Shown in pieces: positions 38,585-47,525 of a stretch of DNA of 64,000 bases. The translations under genes and the position numbers were made by a program. The notes under the pieces are model-generated. The model saw only the letters and a program-made list of their open reading frames with translations, was not told the DNA's origin and ran no database searches. Position 1 is the first letter of the stretch. Each line of letters starts with the position of its first letter. Origin of the DNA: a virus; IMG/VR virus record IMGVR_UViG_3300040809_000464, positions 24,676 through 88,675 of that record; one strand, 5' to 3'.

Positions 38585-40354
38585 TTAAAAATCTTCTATA
38601 GTTTCTTCTACAGGTTTACCATTAGGATACATACTATACCATTCTTGTAGTGTTTGGCAAGAGTCATCTTCAAGGAAACCTTCTGGTGGTTCTACATAAT
38701 CCCCAGTGTCTACATCATAGAACATAGGTATCTTACCAGTGCGTCCATGTTTACGATCATCTAGTAGTACCATATGACTAGTGTTAATCTCTTTCTCAGA
38801 CAATTCTGGATCTTTATTACGTTCAATACCGATTAAATAATACGCGGCTCTCATCATTGCTCTACTGCCTGTAAACTGACTAGATACTACCTTACCACCA
38901 AACTCATGAGATGGTCCTTGAGATGGTGCTTTAAGGTGGCAGAAGCAGTAATAAGTGAAACCTAGATCTTTACTCATCTTACTAATTTCATCTGCAAAGC
39001 GCTCTAATTCAGTTGAAGCTTCAGAGGCAGACATACCAGAAGTTAGCCTCGTAATAGGATCAATAATGATATCTTCAATATGTTCTACCAACACAGCATG
39101 ACGTATAGCTCCTTTAAGCTCATCCCAATGACATCGACCATAGTTATTATACATAACCAGTCGTGGACCAATGGTATCAACAGCGTAGTCTAATTCTTCT
39201 TGAGTGAAGTATGTATCACGGTACTTAATATCTTCACCCCAGATATCATGCTCTCTTCCTGCTTCATCTATGAAGAGAATCTTCTCAGGGTTAGAAAAGT
39301 CTTTCTTGAAGAACTTACCAGCCACTTTCTTAATAGTGATATCTGGTTGTTCTTCAAATTTAAAGACTGCTACCTTTTGAGGTTCACCTAGACTGTTCTT
39401 ATCATTCTCTGTGATGTGTTGGATAAGCTTATTAGCCCACTCGCTCTTACCTTGCTTTACCCCGGCACCAATATAGTATCCCTCACCAAGTCGTCTTCCT
39501 AGAGTTTTACGGTACAGGGTTTCCCACGGCCATGCTTTACCAAGAATAGGCATCTCTTTAGCTTTGTTCTCAACTTCCTCATAACGTACAAACCCTTCAG
39601 GTGTAAACCTAATAGGTTTCATAACCATCCAGTATAGTTCTTTAGGTGTTAACTCATTATACACTTCACAAGGGTCTTTACCTTCAGGCAGAGGTGCTAC
39701 AAGGATGTCTGGAATAAGACCGTATACATCTGCTGTGGCTTCATTGCCTTTCTTGATTCCTTTCTCTTTTTCTTCTACTGTCGCCCTATCATTATCGAAC
39801 ACGGTAATCTTCTCAGGGAACTTATTGAGAAACTTCATATTCATTTTCTGACCTATGTGCTGGACAGCATTAGCAGTGCCAAACCCGATACTCAATACAG
39901 TAGGATTACCTCTTGGGTATTCATCCTTAAGAGTTTGGTGAACAATCATAGAATCATATTCACCTTCACAGATCCATACTTTCTTACCGCCTGTAGAATT
40001 ACCGCAATGAGTACCGAACAACTTAACTACATCTACCTTTACAAGACCTACGATTGAGAAGTGCCCTTTTTCTTTCTTGTGCTTAGTTAGATCGCGCTTC
40101 TTGAACCCTACAATTTGATCAGACTCATCATAATAAGGGAAGTAATGTGCAATTGGTGTAGATCCATCCTCAGTGCTTAATGCTGTACGTACACCGTAAT
40201 GTTCTGCTGTCTTTTGAGTGATGTTTCTATCAGGGATTGCTAAACACTGATACCCTAAGACATCTTCTACCGTTTCTTTTTCGTAAGACATACTCTCTCC
40301 TCTTTTCTTAGAAGTAAATGCTTCTGGAGCTGTATAACCTTGAGTGTACCCCAT
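38585..40354 (-). CDS. T7 gp4-like primase-helicase; second in-frame start at 40291
   Basis: TOPRIM motifs EGEYD, FDND, KD; SF4 helicase G....GKS, IIIDPI, HL and FTGS motifs. Confidence 0.9.
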   Translation of the reverse strand: MGYTQGYTAPEAFTSKKRGESMSYEKETVEDVLGYQCLAIPDRNITQKTAEHYGVRTALSTEDGSTPIAHYFPYYDESDQIVGFKKRDLTKHKKEKGHFSIVGLVKVDVVKLFGTHCGNSTGGKKVWICEGEYDSMIVHQTLKDEYPRGNPTVLSIGFGTANAVQHIGQKMNMKFLNKFPEKITVFDNDRATVEEKEKGIKKGNEATADVYGLIPDILVAPLPEGKDPCEVYNELTPKELYWMVMKPIRFTPEGFVRYEEVENKAKEMPILGKAWPWETLYRKTLGRRLGEGYYIGAGVKQGKSEWANKLIQHITENDKNSLGEPQKVAVFKFEEQPDITIKKVAGKFFKKDFSNPEKILFIDEAGREHDIWGEDIKYRDTYFTQEELDYAVDTIGPRLVMYNNYGRCHWDELKGAIRHAVLVEHIEDIIIDPITRLTSGMSASEASTELERFADEISKMSKDLGFTYYCFCHLKAPSQGPSHEFGGKVVSSQFTGSRAMMRAAYYLIGIERNKDPELSEKEINTSHMVLLDDRKHGRTGKIPMFYDVDTGDYVEPPEGFLEDDSCQTLQEWYSMYPNGKPVEETIEDF

Positions 40355-40357
40355 ACA

Positions 40358-40738
40358 CTACCTCTCAAAATCCACATTAATAACGTCACCATCTACAGAA
40401 TAACTCTTCCTGTCATTATCATTTACGATATCATAATAATCTAGGTCCACATTAGATAGTCCACTCTCACCGTTCTGCTCTAATAGGTATTCATCTATCA
40501 TAATATTCTTATGCATCTTAGTGTACTGTGATAGGACAAACTCGTCTAGGCTAGCATGTTCTAGTTCCGTCCCCTTCCATTTAATGGTATAGTCGAAGGT
40601 GCAATCACAAAAGTACTCATCTGTACATGTCCCATTTGTAAAATTACCTTCATAAGAGGGGTTCTTTGTGATTGTGACGTTATCATATTTGAATGTGATA
40701 GTTTGTTTGTTGAAGTATTCTTCAAAGACTGTCTGCAT
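40358..40738 (-). CDS. Hypothetical protein
   Basis: 126 aa with AGGAG RBS. Confidence 0.5.
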   Translation of the reverse strand: MQTVFEEYFNKQTITFKYDNVTITKNPSYEGNFTNGTCTDEYFCDCTFDYTIKWKGTELEHASLDEFVLSQYTKMHKNIMIDEYLLEQNGESGLSNVDLDYYDIVNDNDRKSYSVDGDVINVDFER

Positions 40739-40781
40739 ATATTACTCCTCTGTGTTCTGCTAAAGTTTAAAGGTTTTCAAG

Positions 40782-41807
40782 TTACTTGAAAAGAGGGACC
40801 ACTAAAACAGTAGTTCTATTTTCTTTTACTTCTACAAGTTGATCATTATTAAATGTATACTCCCAACAGTATGTATCTCCATCAGGGTAGACCGATTTAG
40901 TCTTATTACCTTTAGAGTCATACTCCCAACAGTATGTACGCCCATTAGGGTGGACCAATTTAGTCTTATTACCTTTAGAGTCATACTCGTAACAGTATGT
41001 ACGCCCATCAGGGTAGACCTCTTTAGTCATATTACCTTTAGAGTCATACTCCCAACAGTGTGTATCTCCATCAGGGTGGACCTCTTTAGTCATATTACCT
41101 TTAGAGTCATACTCCCAACAGTATGTACGCCCATTAGGGTGGACCAATTTAGTCTTATTACCTTTAGAGTCATACTCGTAACAGTATGTACGTCCATCAG
41201 GGTAGACCTCTTTAGTCATATTACCTTTAGAGTCATACTCCCAACAGTATGTACGCCCATTAGGGTGGACCGATTTAGTCTTATTACCTTTAGAGTCATA
41301 CTCCCAACAGTATGTACGCCCATTAGGGTGGACCAATTTAGTCTTATTACCTTTAGAGTCATACTCGTAACAGTATGTATCTCCATCAGGGTAGACCGAT
41401 TTAGTCTTATTACCTTTAGAGTCATACTCCCAACAGTGTGTATCTCCATCAGGGTAGACCGATTTAGTCTTATTACCTTTAGAGTCATACTCCCAACAGT
41501 ATGTACGCCCATTAGGGTGGACCAATTTAGTCTTATTACCTTTAGAGTCATACTCGTAACAGTATGTACGTCCATCAGGGTAGACCTCTTTAGTCATATT
41601 ACCTTTAGAGTCATACTCATGTACAGGTCTTTCTTTTAACCATTCAACATAAGAATTGAAATCCCCTTTAACGTTTTGTAATTGGTCAAGAGGAAACCCT
41701 TCAAGACCATTTCTCTTAAAGAACACTATACCTTCAGAACAAGCTTTATGTTGTTTTAAATATTCTAAAGTTAATAAATTCTCAGATGTGTTTAATTCTT
41801 TTGACAT
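40782..41807 (-). CDS. YD/RHS-like 21-aa repeat protein A (12 units)
   Basis: 63-aa N-domain + 12 x EYDSKGNxTKxVxPxGxTxCx + 26-aa cap; paralog of 54249..54881. Confidence 0.8.
   Translation of the reverse strand: MSKELNTSENLLTLEYLKQHKACSEGIVFFKRNGLEGFPLDQLQNVKGDFNSYVEWLKERPVHEYDSKGNMTKEVYPDGRTYCYEYDSKGNKTKLVHPNGRTYCWEYDSKGNKTKSVYPDGDTHCWEYDSKGNKTKSVYPDGDTYCYEYDSKGNKTKLVHPNGRTYCWEYDSKGNKTKSVHPNGRTYCWEYDSKGNMTKEVYPDGRTYCYEYDSKGNKTKLVHPNGRTYCWEYDSKGNMTKEVHPDGDTHCWEYDSKGNMTKEVYPDGRTYCYEYDSKGNKTKLVHPNGRTYCWEYDSKGNKTKSVYPDGDTYCWEYTFNNDQLVEVKENRTTVLVVPLFK
40863..41618 (-). repeat. Coding tandem repeat, 12 x 63 bp
   Basis: Unit core TTACCTTTAGAGTCATACTC recurs every 63 nt. Confidence 0.95.
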
Positions 41808-41845
41808 TGTATTCTCCTCTGTGTTTTCTTATATGTGTTCTATTT

Positions 41846-41874
41846 ATATTATAGACGTATGGCTTTGTTGTCAA
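41846..41874 (-). promoter_or_regulatory. Sigma70-type promoter for repeat protein A
   Basis: TTGACA-N17-TAATAT on the minus strand. Confidence 0.65.
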
Positions 41875-42070
41875 CTATTAATTTATAATCAACTAACAAG
41901 ACTGTCCTCACACCACCCAATTCAGAAGAGTTATCATATACATCCTCTACTGGAAATGTCTCTTCTTTAGAGTGTACATGTACCAGTATTCTCCCTTGAT
42001 CCATCATTTCAGTAAGTAGTTCTTCTTGTTGTTGGAGTGTTAGGTTTGATACCAATTGTTTTATGTTCAT
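41849..42070 (-). CDS. Hypothetical protein
   Basis: 73 aa; GGAG RBS; coupled to the upstream stop codon. Confidence 0.45.
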   Translation of the reverse strand: MNIKQLVSNLTLQQQEELLTEMMDQGRILVHVHSKEETFPVEDVYDNSSELGGVRTVLLVDYKLIVDNKAIRL

Positions 42071-42327
42071 TAACCTATCTCCTCCAGTACAATATAAGTA
42101 TTACACGCATAATGACACTTATCAATTCTAATCTGTGTATTACCCTCTGTATTAAGACACTCTGTTAAGATCCCCACTTGAGAGCGTAACTTAGTAGATA
42201 AGATAGCTTCAAGGTGTTTCATAGAAGTGCATCTTACGTAAAGGTGGTTGGTCTTAAAAGGTGAACTGTTTAGGAACTGTATACAGATGCCTTTCATTGG
42301 TGAGTCTTTCATCGTTCTTCTCCTCAA
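42070..42327 (-). CDS. Hypothetical protein (start probably the MKDSP ATG)
   Basis: GAGGAG RBS lies inside the first codons of the track ORF. Confidence 0.45.
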   Translation of the reverse strand: MRRRTMKDSPMKGICIQFLNSSPFKTNHLYVRCTSMKHLEAILSTKLRSQVGILTECLNTEGNTQIRIDKCHYACNTYIVLEEIG

Positions 42328-42350
42328 ATGTTGTCCTTACATAATACACG

Positions 42351-43100
42351 CTACTTGGTATATGTCAATACCTTTTTAATATTACTCTTTGAAAGGTTAG
42401 CTTCAAGCATACCTCTGGCGATGTTACTTACCCGTGCTATATTACTGTTACTAAAGGGTAAGGTCTTATCCAGTTTAACAAAACAGCTTTGATGATACCA
42501 ATCACTATTATCTAGCTTCACACCAGATAGCTTACAAGACTTTCTTAATAGTTCTCTCTTGTATGTAGCCAAACTGACAGAAGTTCTCTCTTCATCGTTA
42601 CCAATCCAATCGATATACTGCTTAGCTATGGAGAAATCACTGTTAGAGGAAGCCTTTACTGTAGTTTCTTTAGTCGCCTCTGTGACAGTCTCTTCTGTTG
42701 CTTTCTTTAAAGTTAGTGTCTGGTTAGTCATCTTTGTATACTCCTCATCTGAGATTCTGTACTTGTAAGTTAATTCTTCTCTGGTCTTTTCTTTAAGGGT
42801 TTTCTTAATAGTGTTTAGAATACCTAATACTCTTGGGTCTTGTGGAGGGTTTCTACCTTCCTCTATGTACTTACCTTTTATTTTATTTACTTCTTCTAGA
42901 ACGATACAACAGTTGTCTACAGTATACCCTTTAGTATTATCTATTCTTTCTACAGATTTAACTAGATACTCAGAGAACTCTACACCAGTATAATCACAAG
43001 TAGGGCTTCTATCTTGTAACCTATCAAAGTCTTCTCTGGTTAATGTAAAAGGTATACCACGTTGTAGTGCATTTCTTCTCTTATTAGCGTACTTAGACAT
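42351..43100 (-). CDS. T4 Srd-like / HNH-fold protein with a degenerate second copy of the domain
   Basis: A..RGIPF.LT, C.YTG..F, S.ERIDN.KGY...N motifs; C-terminal echo CKLSG...LDK..PFS.SN. Confidence 0.5.
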   Translation of the reverse strand: MSKYANKRRNALQRGIPFTLTREDFDRLQDRSPTCDYTGVEFSEYLVKSVERIDNTKGYTVDNCCIVLEEVNKIKGKYIEEGRNPPQDPRVLGILNTIKKTLKEKTREELTYKYRISDEEYTKMTNQTLTLKKATEETVTEATKETTVKASSNSDFSIAKQYIDWIGNDEERTSVSLATYKRELLRKSCKLSGVKLDNSDWYHQSCFVKLDKTLPFSNSNIARVSNIARGMLEANLSKSNIKKVLTYTK

Positions 43101-43130
43101 TGTACATTCCTCTAACTGTTTCTTAATTAA

Positions 43131-43225
43131 ACTGTAAAGAAAGACCTCTTAAATGTCAACACCTTTTTAGAGAATAAATATTTTATAAAATACCTCTTGA
43201 CATTTCTAATCTACACATATAATCT
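43131..43225. promoter_or_regulatory. Divergent sigma70-type promoter pair at the strand switch
   Basis: Minus strand TTGACA-N17-TACAGT; plus strand TTGACA (43197) followed by TATAAT/TAATCT. Confidence 0.65.
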
Positions 43226-43254
43226 TCTTCATACACAAACACAGGAGAGATAAG

Positions 43255-43821
43255 ATGAAAGATATTACACTTAAAGATGCATTGTATAATGTAGATAAGA
43301 GCAGCCCTGATGAGGTATATAGTGAGAGTTTAACCTGCCTACCTTATCACTTACAAGAAGACCCTTGGCTTAAACTAGAAAGGATGTCTAGTTATTTCTT
43401 AGTTAAATGGATCTGTACAGATACATGGGTAGGTACTAGAGTCTATTATTTAGATGATAAACCTGTATGTGTTTCCACACAAACAGCTAGAAAGAGTGAT
43501 GAAAAGTTTAATTGGGTATCTCAAGAAGCTTTCGATAAGGTTGTAGAGTATGTAGAATCACTACGAGATAAATCTGAGTATGAAGTAGATACCATAAGCA
43601 ACATGGATGAAGTCTTCAAAGGTTATTACACTGTAGATTATGGTTCAGAGTTACTTGTTAACGAAGGCTATTATAAAGGTAAGAAAGTTAAAGTAATTAA
43701 ATCCTATCGGAGGCACGAAGATATTAAGAAGTGGAGACTTTTAGAACTAGATACTGGAGAAACTATAACTACTGGAGATTTCCATATACCACTACACTTA
43801 GAGGAGAAAGAAAATGACTAA
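43255..43821 (+). CDS. Hypothetical phage protein
   Basis: WICTDTWVG...ARKS motif; AGGAG RBS. Confidence 0.55.
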   Translation: MKDITLKDALYNVDKSSPDEVYSESLTCLPYHLQEDPWLKLERMSSYFLVKWICTDTWVGTRVYYLDDKPVCVSTQTARKSDEKFNWVSQEAFDKVVEYVESLRDKSEYEVDTISNMDEVFKGYYTVDYGSELLVNEGYYKGKKVKVIKSYRRHEDIKKWRLLELDTGETITTGDFHIPLHLEEKEND

Positions 43822-44107
43822 GTATATAGCCTATGAAGGTGAGTATTCAATGGAGATAACTGTTAAGGATGATGATGTTAGTATTGATGATAGTTGGATT
43901 GAAACTATTCATGTTAGTTATGGTGATACTAAGTTTATCTCATACACTTTAATAGATGGAGAGGTACATGTGCAGCAACATAAAGAGTTATCTATGAAGT
44001 GGATTGATATGTTAGACTTTGCACACCTATTAGATTACGCTAAGAAGGCGTACAACCTATTAGGTAAAGATGGTACGTGGATTCCTAGTTGCGAGATTGT
44101 TAAATAA
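43814..44107 (+). CDS. Hypothetical protein
   Basis: GAGGAG RBS. Confidence 0.5.
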   Translation: MTKYIAYEGEYSMEITVKDDDVSIDDSWIETIHVSYGDTKFISYTLIDGEVHVQQHKELSMKWIDMLDFAHLLDYAKKAYNLLGKDGTWIPSCEIVK

Positions 44108-44247
44108 ATAGTTCATAGAACAACACACAGAGCATCCTAAGAAGACTTCTCTTCAGAGTAATACGATTGGGTAGGTACTGAGGAGGAGGGCTTAGGAGGT
44201 TATACAGTGGTATATTACAGAGAGTATTTAAATAGTGAGGTTAGGTT

Positions 44248-44460
44248 ATGAAAGAAGAAACAAAAGAGATTACATTTGAAGGGAAGGCTTATACAGTACC
44301 TACTTGGGTGAGGTGGGTTTCTAGAGATGAGAATGGTGAGGTATGGGGTAGCGATAATATATTTTATGCATCTAGAAGTTATTGGATTAACACCTCTGGT
44401 AAACTATCTAAGATTTCAGAAGCAGATACATCTTGGAAAGATTCACTAACAGAGGTTTAA
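44248..44460 (+). CDS. Hypothetical protein (P.W..W...D..G.V family)
   Basis: GAGG RBS; motif of a common small phage domain. Confidence 0.5.
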   Translation: MKEETKEITFEGKAYTVPTWVRWVSRDENGEVWGSDNIFYASRSYWINTSGKLSKISEADTSWKDSLTEV

Positions 44461-44476
44461 CCAGAGGTATAATATA

Positions 44477-44806
44477 ATGTATGAATCTAACTATCTACAC
44501 GTAGAAAATATAGATAATACTATCATAGAGTCGACTACTTCACATACGGAACGCCTGTTTAAGATCCTTGTTAATAACCTTTTCTTGGAAGGGATTATCA
44601 AGAAGACTAATAAGTATGTATCTTTTGACGATATTGTAGTGACAGGATCTCAACTTAATGTTTATAAGGTTTGTAAAGAGGAACTTGATAGATTGTTCCA
44701 AGAGAGGTTAGGGTATTCTGAAGGCATTCGTAACTATTTTGTTTTTATAGAGAACAGACATTATGGTGATTGCGTGCAGAAGATATCTTTTAAGAAGAAA
44801 ATATAA
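44477..44806 (+). CDS. Hypothetical protein
   Basis: GAGGT RBS. Confidence 0.5.
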   Translation: MYESNYLHVENIDNTIIESTTSHTERLFKILVNNLFLEGIIKKTNKYVSFDDIVVTGSQLNVYKVCKEELDRLFQERLGYSEGIRNYFVFIENRHYGDCVQKISFKKKI

Positions 44807-44817
44807 CAGGAGGAACA

Positions 44818-45126
44818 ATGATAGATATAAATAATCTAATGGGAGGGCAACCTTCTAAGCAATATCCAGAAAGAGAGATCACTAATGAAGACGGTGAAGT
44901 GTTTGTACAGTATATGGATAGTCCTTCTAAGGCTATGCTTGATATGACTCATACGTTTACAGATGAATTGTATAAGGTTTGTACTGAGAAGAACCTACTC
45001 TGCAAGGAACAATACTTTCCGAATGATCCTAACATGTACTACATCGTAGGGTTGGATAGCTATGAGTATAATATGTTTAAGCTGGTGAATGATGGGTATA
45101 GTGCTAGTTGGAGTAGGGTTAAGTAG
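44818..45126 (+). CDS. Hypothetical protein
   Basis: AGGAGG RBS. Confidence 0.5.
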   Translation: MIDINNLMGGQPSKQYPEREITNEDGEVFVQYMDSPSKAMLDMTHTFTDELYKVCTEKNLLCKEQYFPNDPNMYYIVGLDSYEYNMFKLVNDGYSASWSRVK

Positions 45127-45163
45127 TAATGTAATATATTTACAGATAAATGCAATAAAAAGG

Positions 45164-45192
45164 TTGACATATTAATGTTTCCATGTTATAAT
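45164..45192 (+). promoter_or_regulatory. Perfect consensus sigma70 promoter
   Basis: TTGACA-N17-TATAAT. Confidence 0.85.
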
Positions 45193-45224
45193 ATTAGTAT
45201 AAATTAGTAATCTAAGAGGTTGAT

Positions 45225-45440
45225 ATGAATAGTGTTGAAATTAAAGAGCATTTAATAGCTCACATCAAAGAAGAAATGTTTAAGAAAAACTTGACCCAGG
45301 AAGAAGTTGGTAAGATGGTTGGACGATCAAGAGCTTATATATCCGCCATATTACAAGGTAAATCAAGTATAGAGAAACTAGTAACTGTATTAGAGTGTTT
45401 AGGCTTAGAGATCACTTTAATGGTGTTGAATAATAAGTAG
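45225..45440 (+). CDS. XRE/Cro-type HTH transcriptional regulator
   Basis: LTQEEVG.MVG.SR.YIS.I..GK.S...L..V...LG. Confidence 0.85.
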   Translation: MNSVEIKEHLIAHIKEEMFKKNLTQEEVGKMVGRSRAYISAILQGKSSIEKLVTVLECLGLEITLMVLNNK

Positions 45441-45486
45441 TTGATTTCTGTATATTATTTAATCTAGGGAAAATTAAGTAAAACCT

Positions 45487-45515
45487 CTACAGGCTACGTA
45501 TACCGTGGTCTGTAG
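45487..45515. other. 12-bp stem hairpin heading a G-poor, ori-like tract (to ~45660)
   Basis: CTACAGGCTACG-TATAC-CGTGGTCTGTAG (two G-T pairs), followed by a TACT-rich, G-depleted tract. Confidence 0.55.
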
Positions 45516-45662
45516 CTATTTTAGTACCCTCTCGGTGCTTTCCCTAATGTAATAACTATCATTCTATTACTATATATATACTCTTATCTTACTATCTATT
45601 ACTTACACTGTTACTCCTTAGAGGTTACTCTTTAAGGATCTACTCTAAAGAGGTTTACCTTA

Positions 45663-47027
45663 ATGGAACAACTATATACAAGATTATATTACTCATCTAA
45701 GAAACTATATAAACTTAACTCTTACTTCTATAAGTTATATAAACTACATTACTCTATTAATAGTTTTACTAACTCTAAGAGTGCAATAGATTGTTTCTCT
45801 TATAATATGGTAAGATGTTTAAAGTATAATAAAGATGCTCTATCTATCACAACAAAGGATATTTACTATAAAGATATTATAATCAATGGTAAGAGTGTTA
45901 GATCTGGAGTAGGTGCTGTAGCTACACGTAATATCTTAAATATGTTAGTGAAAGAAGGACTGATACAATGGGATAAAGGTTACAGGTATGATGATAACAG
46001 TAGGGAGTTAGGTAAAATTACATTGACTCAAGATTTTATTGTTGATATACTAAGTAAAGTGAATATAGAAGATGTAACTATTAGACCTGATCTAAATGTG
46101 CTAATATTAAGAGATAAGAGTAAGAATCAAATAGAGTTTGAACACAGTAGGAAGATTACAAATATGATTAGTGATTTACAAGATTACAATAAGTTCATGA
46201 ATAGCTTTGACGTAAGAGATTACCAAGGTGATAAGATTAATACTGATTTAACTCGAATCTTTAATGAAGACTTTGAACACGGTGGTAGACTTTATACTGG
46301 CGCTGGAGGGTATCAGCAAATACCTAGTCACTTAAGGAAAGGTATCACTATAGACGGTGAATACTTAAAAGAGATTGATATTAAAGGTTCTCACATAGCT
46401 ATCTTATACACCCTTGAAGGACATATACTTGGTAAAGGTTATGACCCGTACCAGATTGATGAAGTGGATGCAATTGACTACACTATGGAGTATGGTTTGG
46501 CACAAGAATATATAGATGAAAAGTATGATCCTAAGCGGAATATCATTAAGCTTGCTCTTGTTGTAATGATTAACTCTAAATCTAGACAGGCAGCTATTAA
46601 GGCACTTACCAATAAGGTTAACAAGGCTAATAAGAATACTATTATTAGTTACCTAGAAAGATTAGATGATTTAAGACTTGACACACCAGAAGCTAAAGGG
46701 TTAATATCTGAGATGCAGTCTTTAAAGTATACAGGCATTGTTGTGGAAGATATGTCTAAACTATTAGATGCTATTGAACATAAGCACAAAGCTATAAAGA
46801 AGTATTTCTATACTGGTGTTGGCTTAGTAGGTCAGAAACTTGAAGGGGATATTATGCAGAGTACATTGACAGAGTTGAAAGATAAAGGTTTACCTTCACT
46901 GTGTATTCATGATAGTATTATGGTTAGAGAAGGTGATATACCTACTGCTGTATTGGCTTTAAGAGATGCTTGGGGTTGTTGTGTAGGGGATACATACAAT
47001 TTAAGTTTGACAGACAATTTATATTAA
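45663..47027 (+). CDS. Minimal family-A polymerase / T7-RNAP-fold protein (TV-Pol-like)
   Basis: GGRLY, EIDIK.SH (motif A), RN.IK....MIN (motif B), CIHDSI (motif C). Confidence 0.65.
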   Translation: MEQLYTRLYYSSKKLYKLNSYFYKLYKLHYSINSFTNSKSAIDCFSYNMVRCLKYNKDALSITTKDIYYKDIIINGKSVRSGVGAVATRNILNMLVKEGLIQWDKGYRYDDNSRELGKITLTQDFIVDILSKVNIEDVTIRPDLNVLILRDKSKNQIEFEHSRKITNMISDLQDYNKFMNSFDVRDYQGDKINTDLTRIFNEDFEHGGRLYTGAGGYQQIPSHLRKGITIDGEYLKEIDIKGSHIAILYTLEGHILGKGYDPYQIDEVDAIDYTMEYGLAQEYIDEKYDPKRNIIKLALVVMINSKSRQAAIKALTNKVNKANKNTIISYLERLDDLRLDTPEAKGLISEMQSLKYTGIVVEDMSKLLDAIEHKHKAIKKYFYTGVGLVGQKLEGDIMQSTLTELKDKGLPSLCIHDSIMVREGDIPTAVLALRDAWGCCVGDTYNLSLTDNLY

Positions 47028-47043
47028 GAGAGGAGAATATACA

Positions 47044-47514
47044 ATGGGTTTAGATATAACAGCGTATAGAAACATTCAACGCACTTTTGAAAAGGATAGT
47101 AGAGATTCCTACGGAGATTTACTTGATGGTTGTTTTCAAGTTCATATACCTTCACCTCAAGAGGATATAGAAGATAGAGCTTACTATACATCAACGGAAG
47201 ATCAGTTCTATTTTAGAGCGGGTAGTTATTCAGGTTATAATCGCTGGAGAAACCAATTAGCACAACTAGTAGGATACCCTAGTGCAGAAGCGGTATGGAG
47301 TGACCCTAAAGATGGTCCTTTTGTAGAACTTATTAACTTTTCTGATTGTGAAGGAACTCTTGGCACAGCTATTTGCAGAAAACTCTTCGTAGATTTTGTA
47401 GAGAATACGCACTTAGCAGACAAACATGAATGTGATTACTTCAGAAGTCAGTATTTTAAATGGTTAGAAGCTTTTGAGTGGGCTTCTAAAGATGGTTGTG
47501 TAAATTTTGGATAG
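47044..47514 (+). CDS. Conserved hypothetical phage protein
   Basis: MGLDI..., FRAGSYSGYN.WR, FSDCEG motifs; AGGAG RBS. Confidence 0.55.
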   Translation: MGLDITAYRNIQRTFEKDSRDSYGDLLDGCFQVHIPSPQEDIEDRAYYTSTEDQFYFRAGSYSGYNRWRNQLAQLVGYPSAEAVWSDPKDGPFVELINFSDCEGTLGTAICRKLFVDFVENTHLADKHECDYFRSQYFKWLEAFEWASKDGCVNFG

Positions 47515-47525
47515 GAGACTCTATA

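Noticed and set aside
35879-40354. Intron or intein in the polymerase or helicase
   Set aside because: Both ORFs are continuous with complete motif sets and no intein-type C...HN junctions; the HNH gene lies downstream of the polymerase stop.
40863-41618. 63-bp tandem array as a CRISPR array or DGR template/variable repeat
   Set aside because: Units are contiguous and in-frame coding with no unique spacers; no cas or reverse transcriptase gene; substitutions are not adenine-specific.
40839-41639. 266-aa plus-strand ORF and 119-aa alternative-frame ORF (41216..41575) over the repeat
   Set aside because: Shadow frames kept open by the stop-free repeat unit; no RBS and no unique flanking domains.
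45225-45440. HTH gene as evidence for a temperate lifestyle
   Set aside because: No integrase, no S24 peptidase domain and no divergent cI/cro switch in the window.
45663-47027. Calling this a full T7-like phage RNA polymerase or a reverse transcriptase
   Set aside because: About half the length of T7 RNAP, no conserved phage-promoter series seen, and no YxDD motif; kept as a PolA/RNAP-fold protein of unknown activity.
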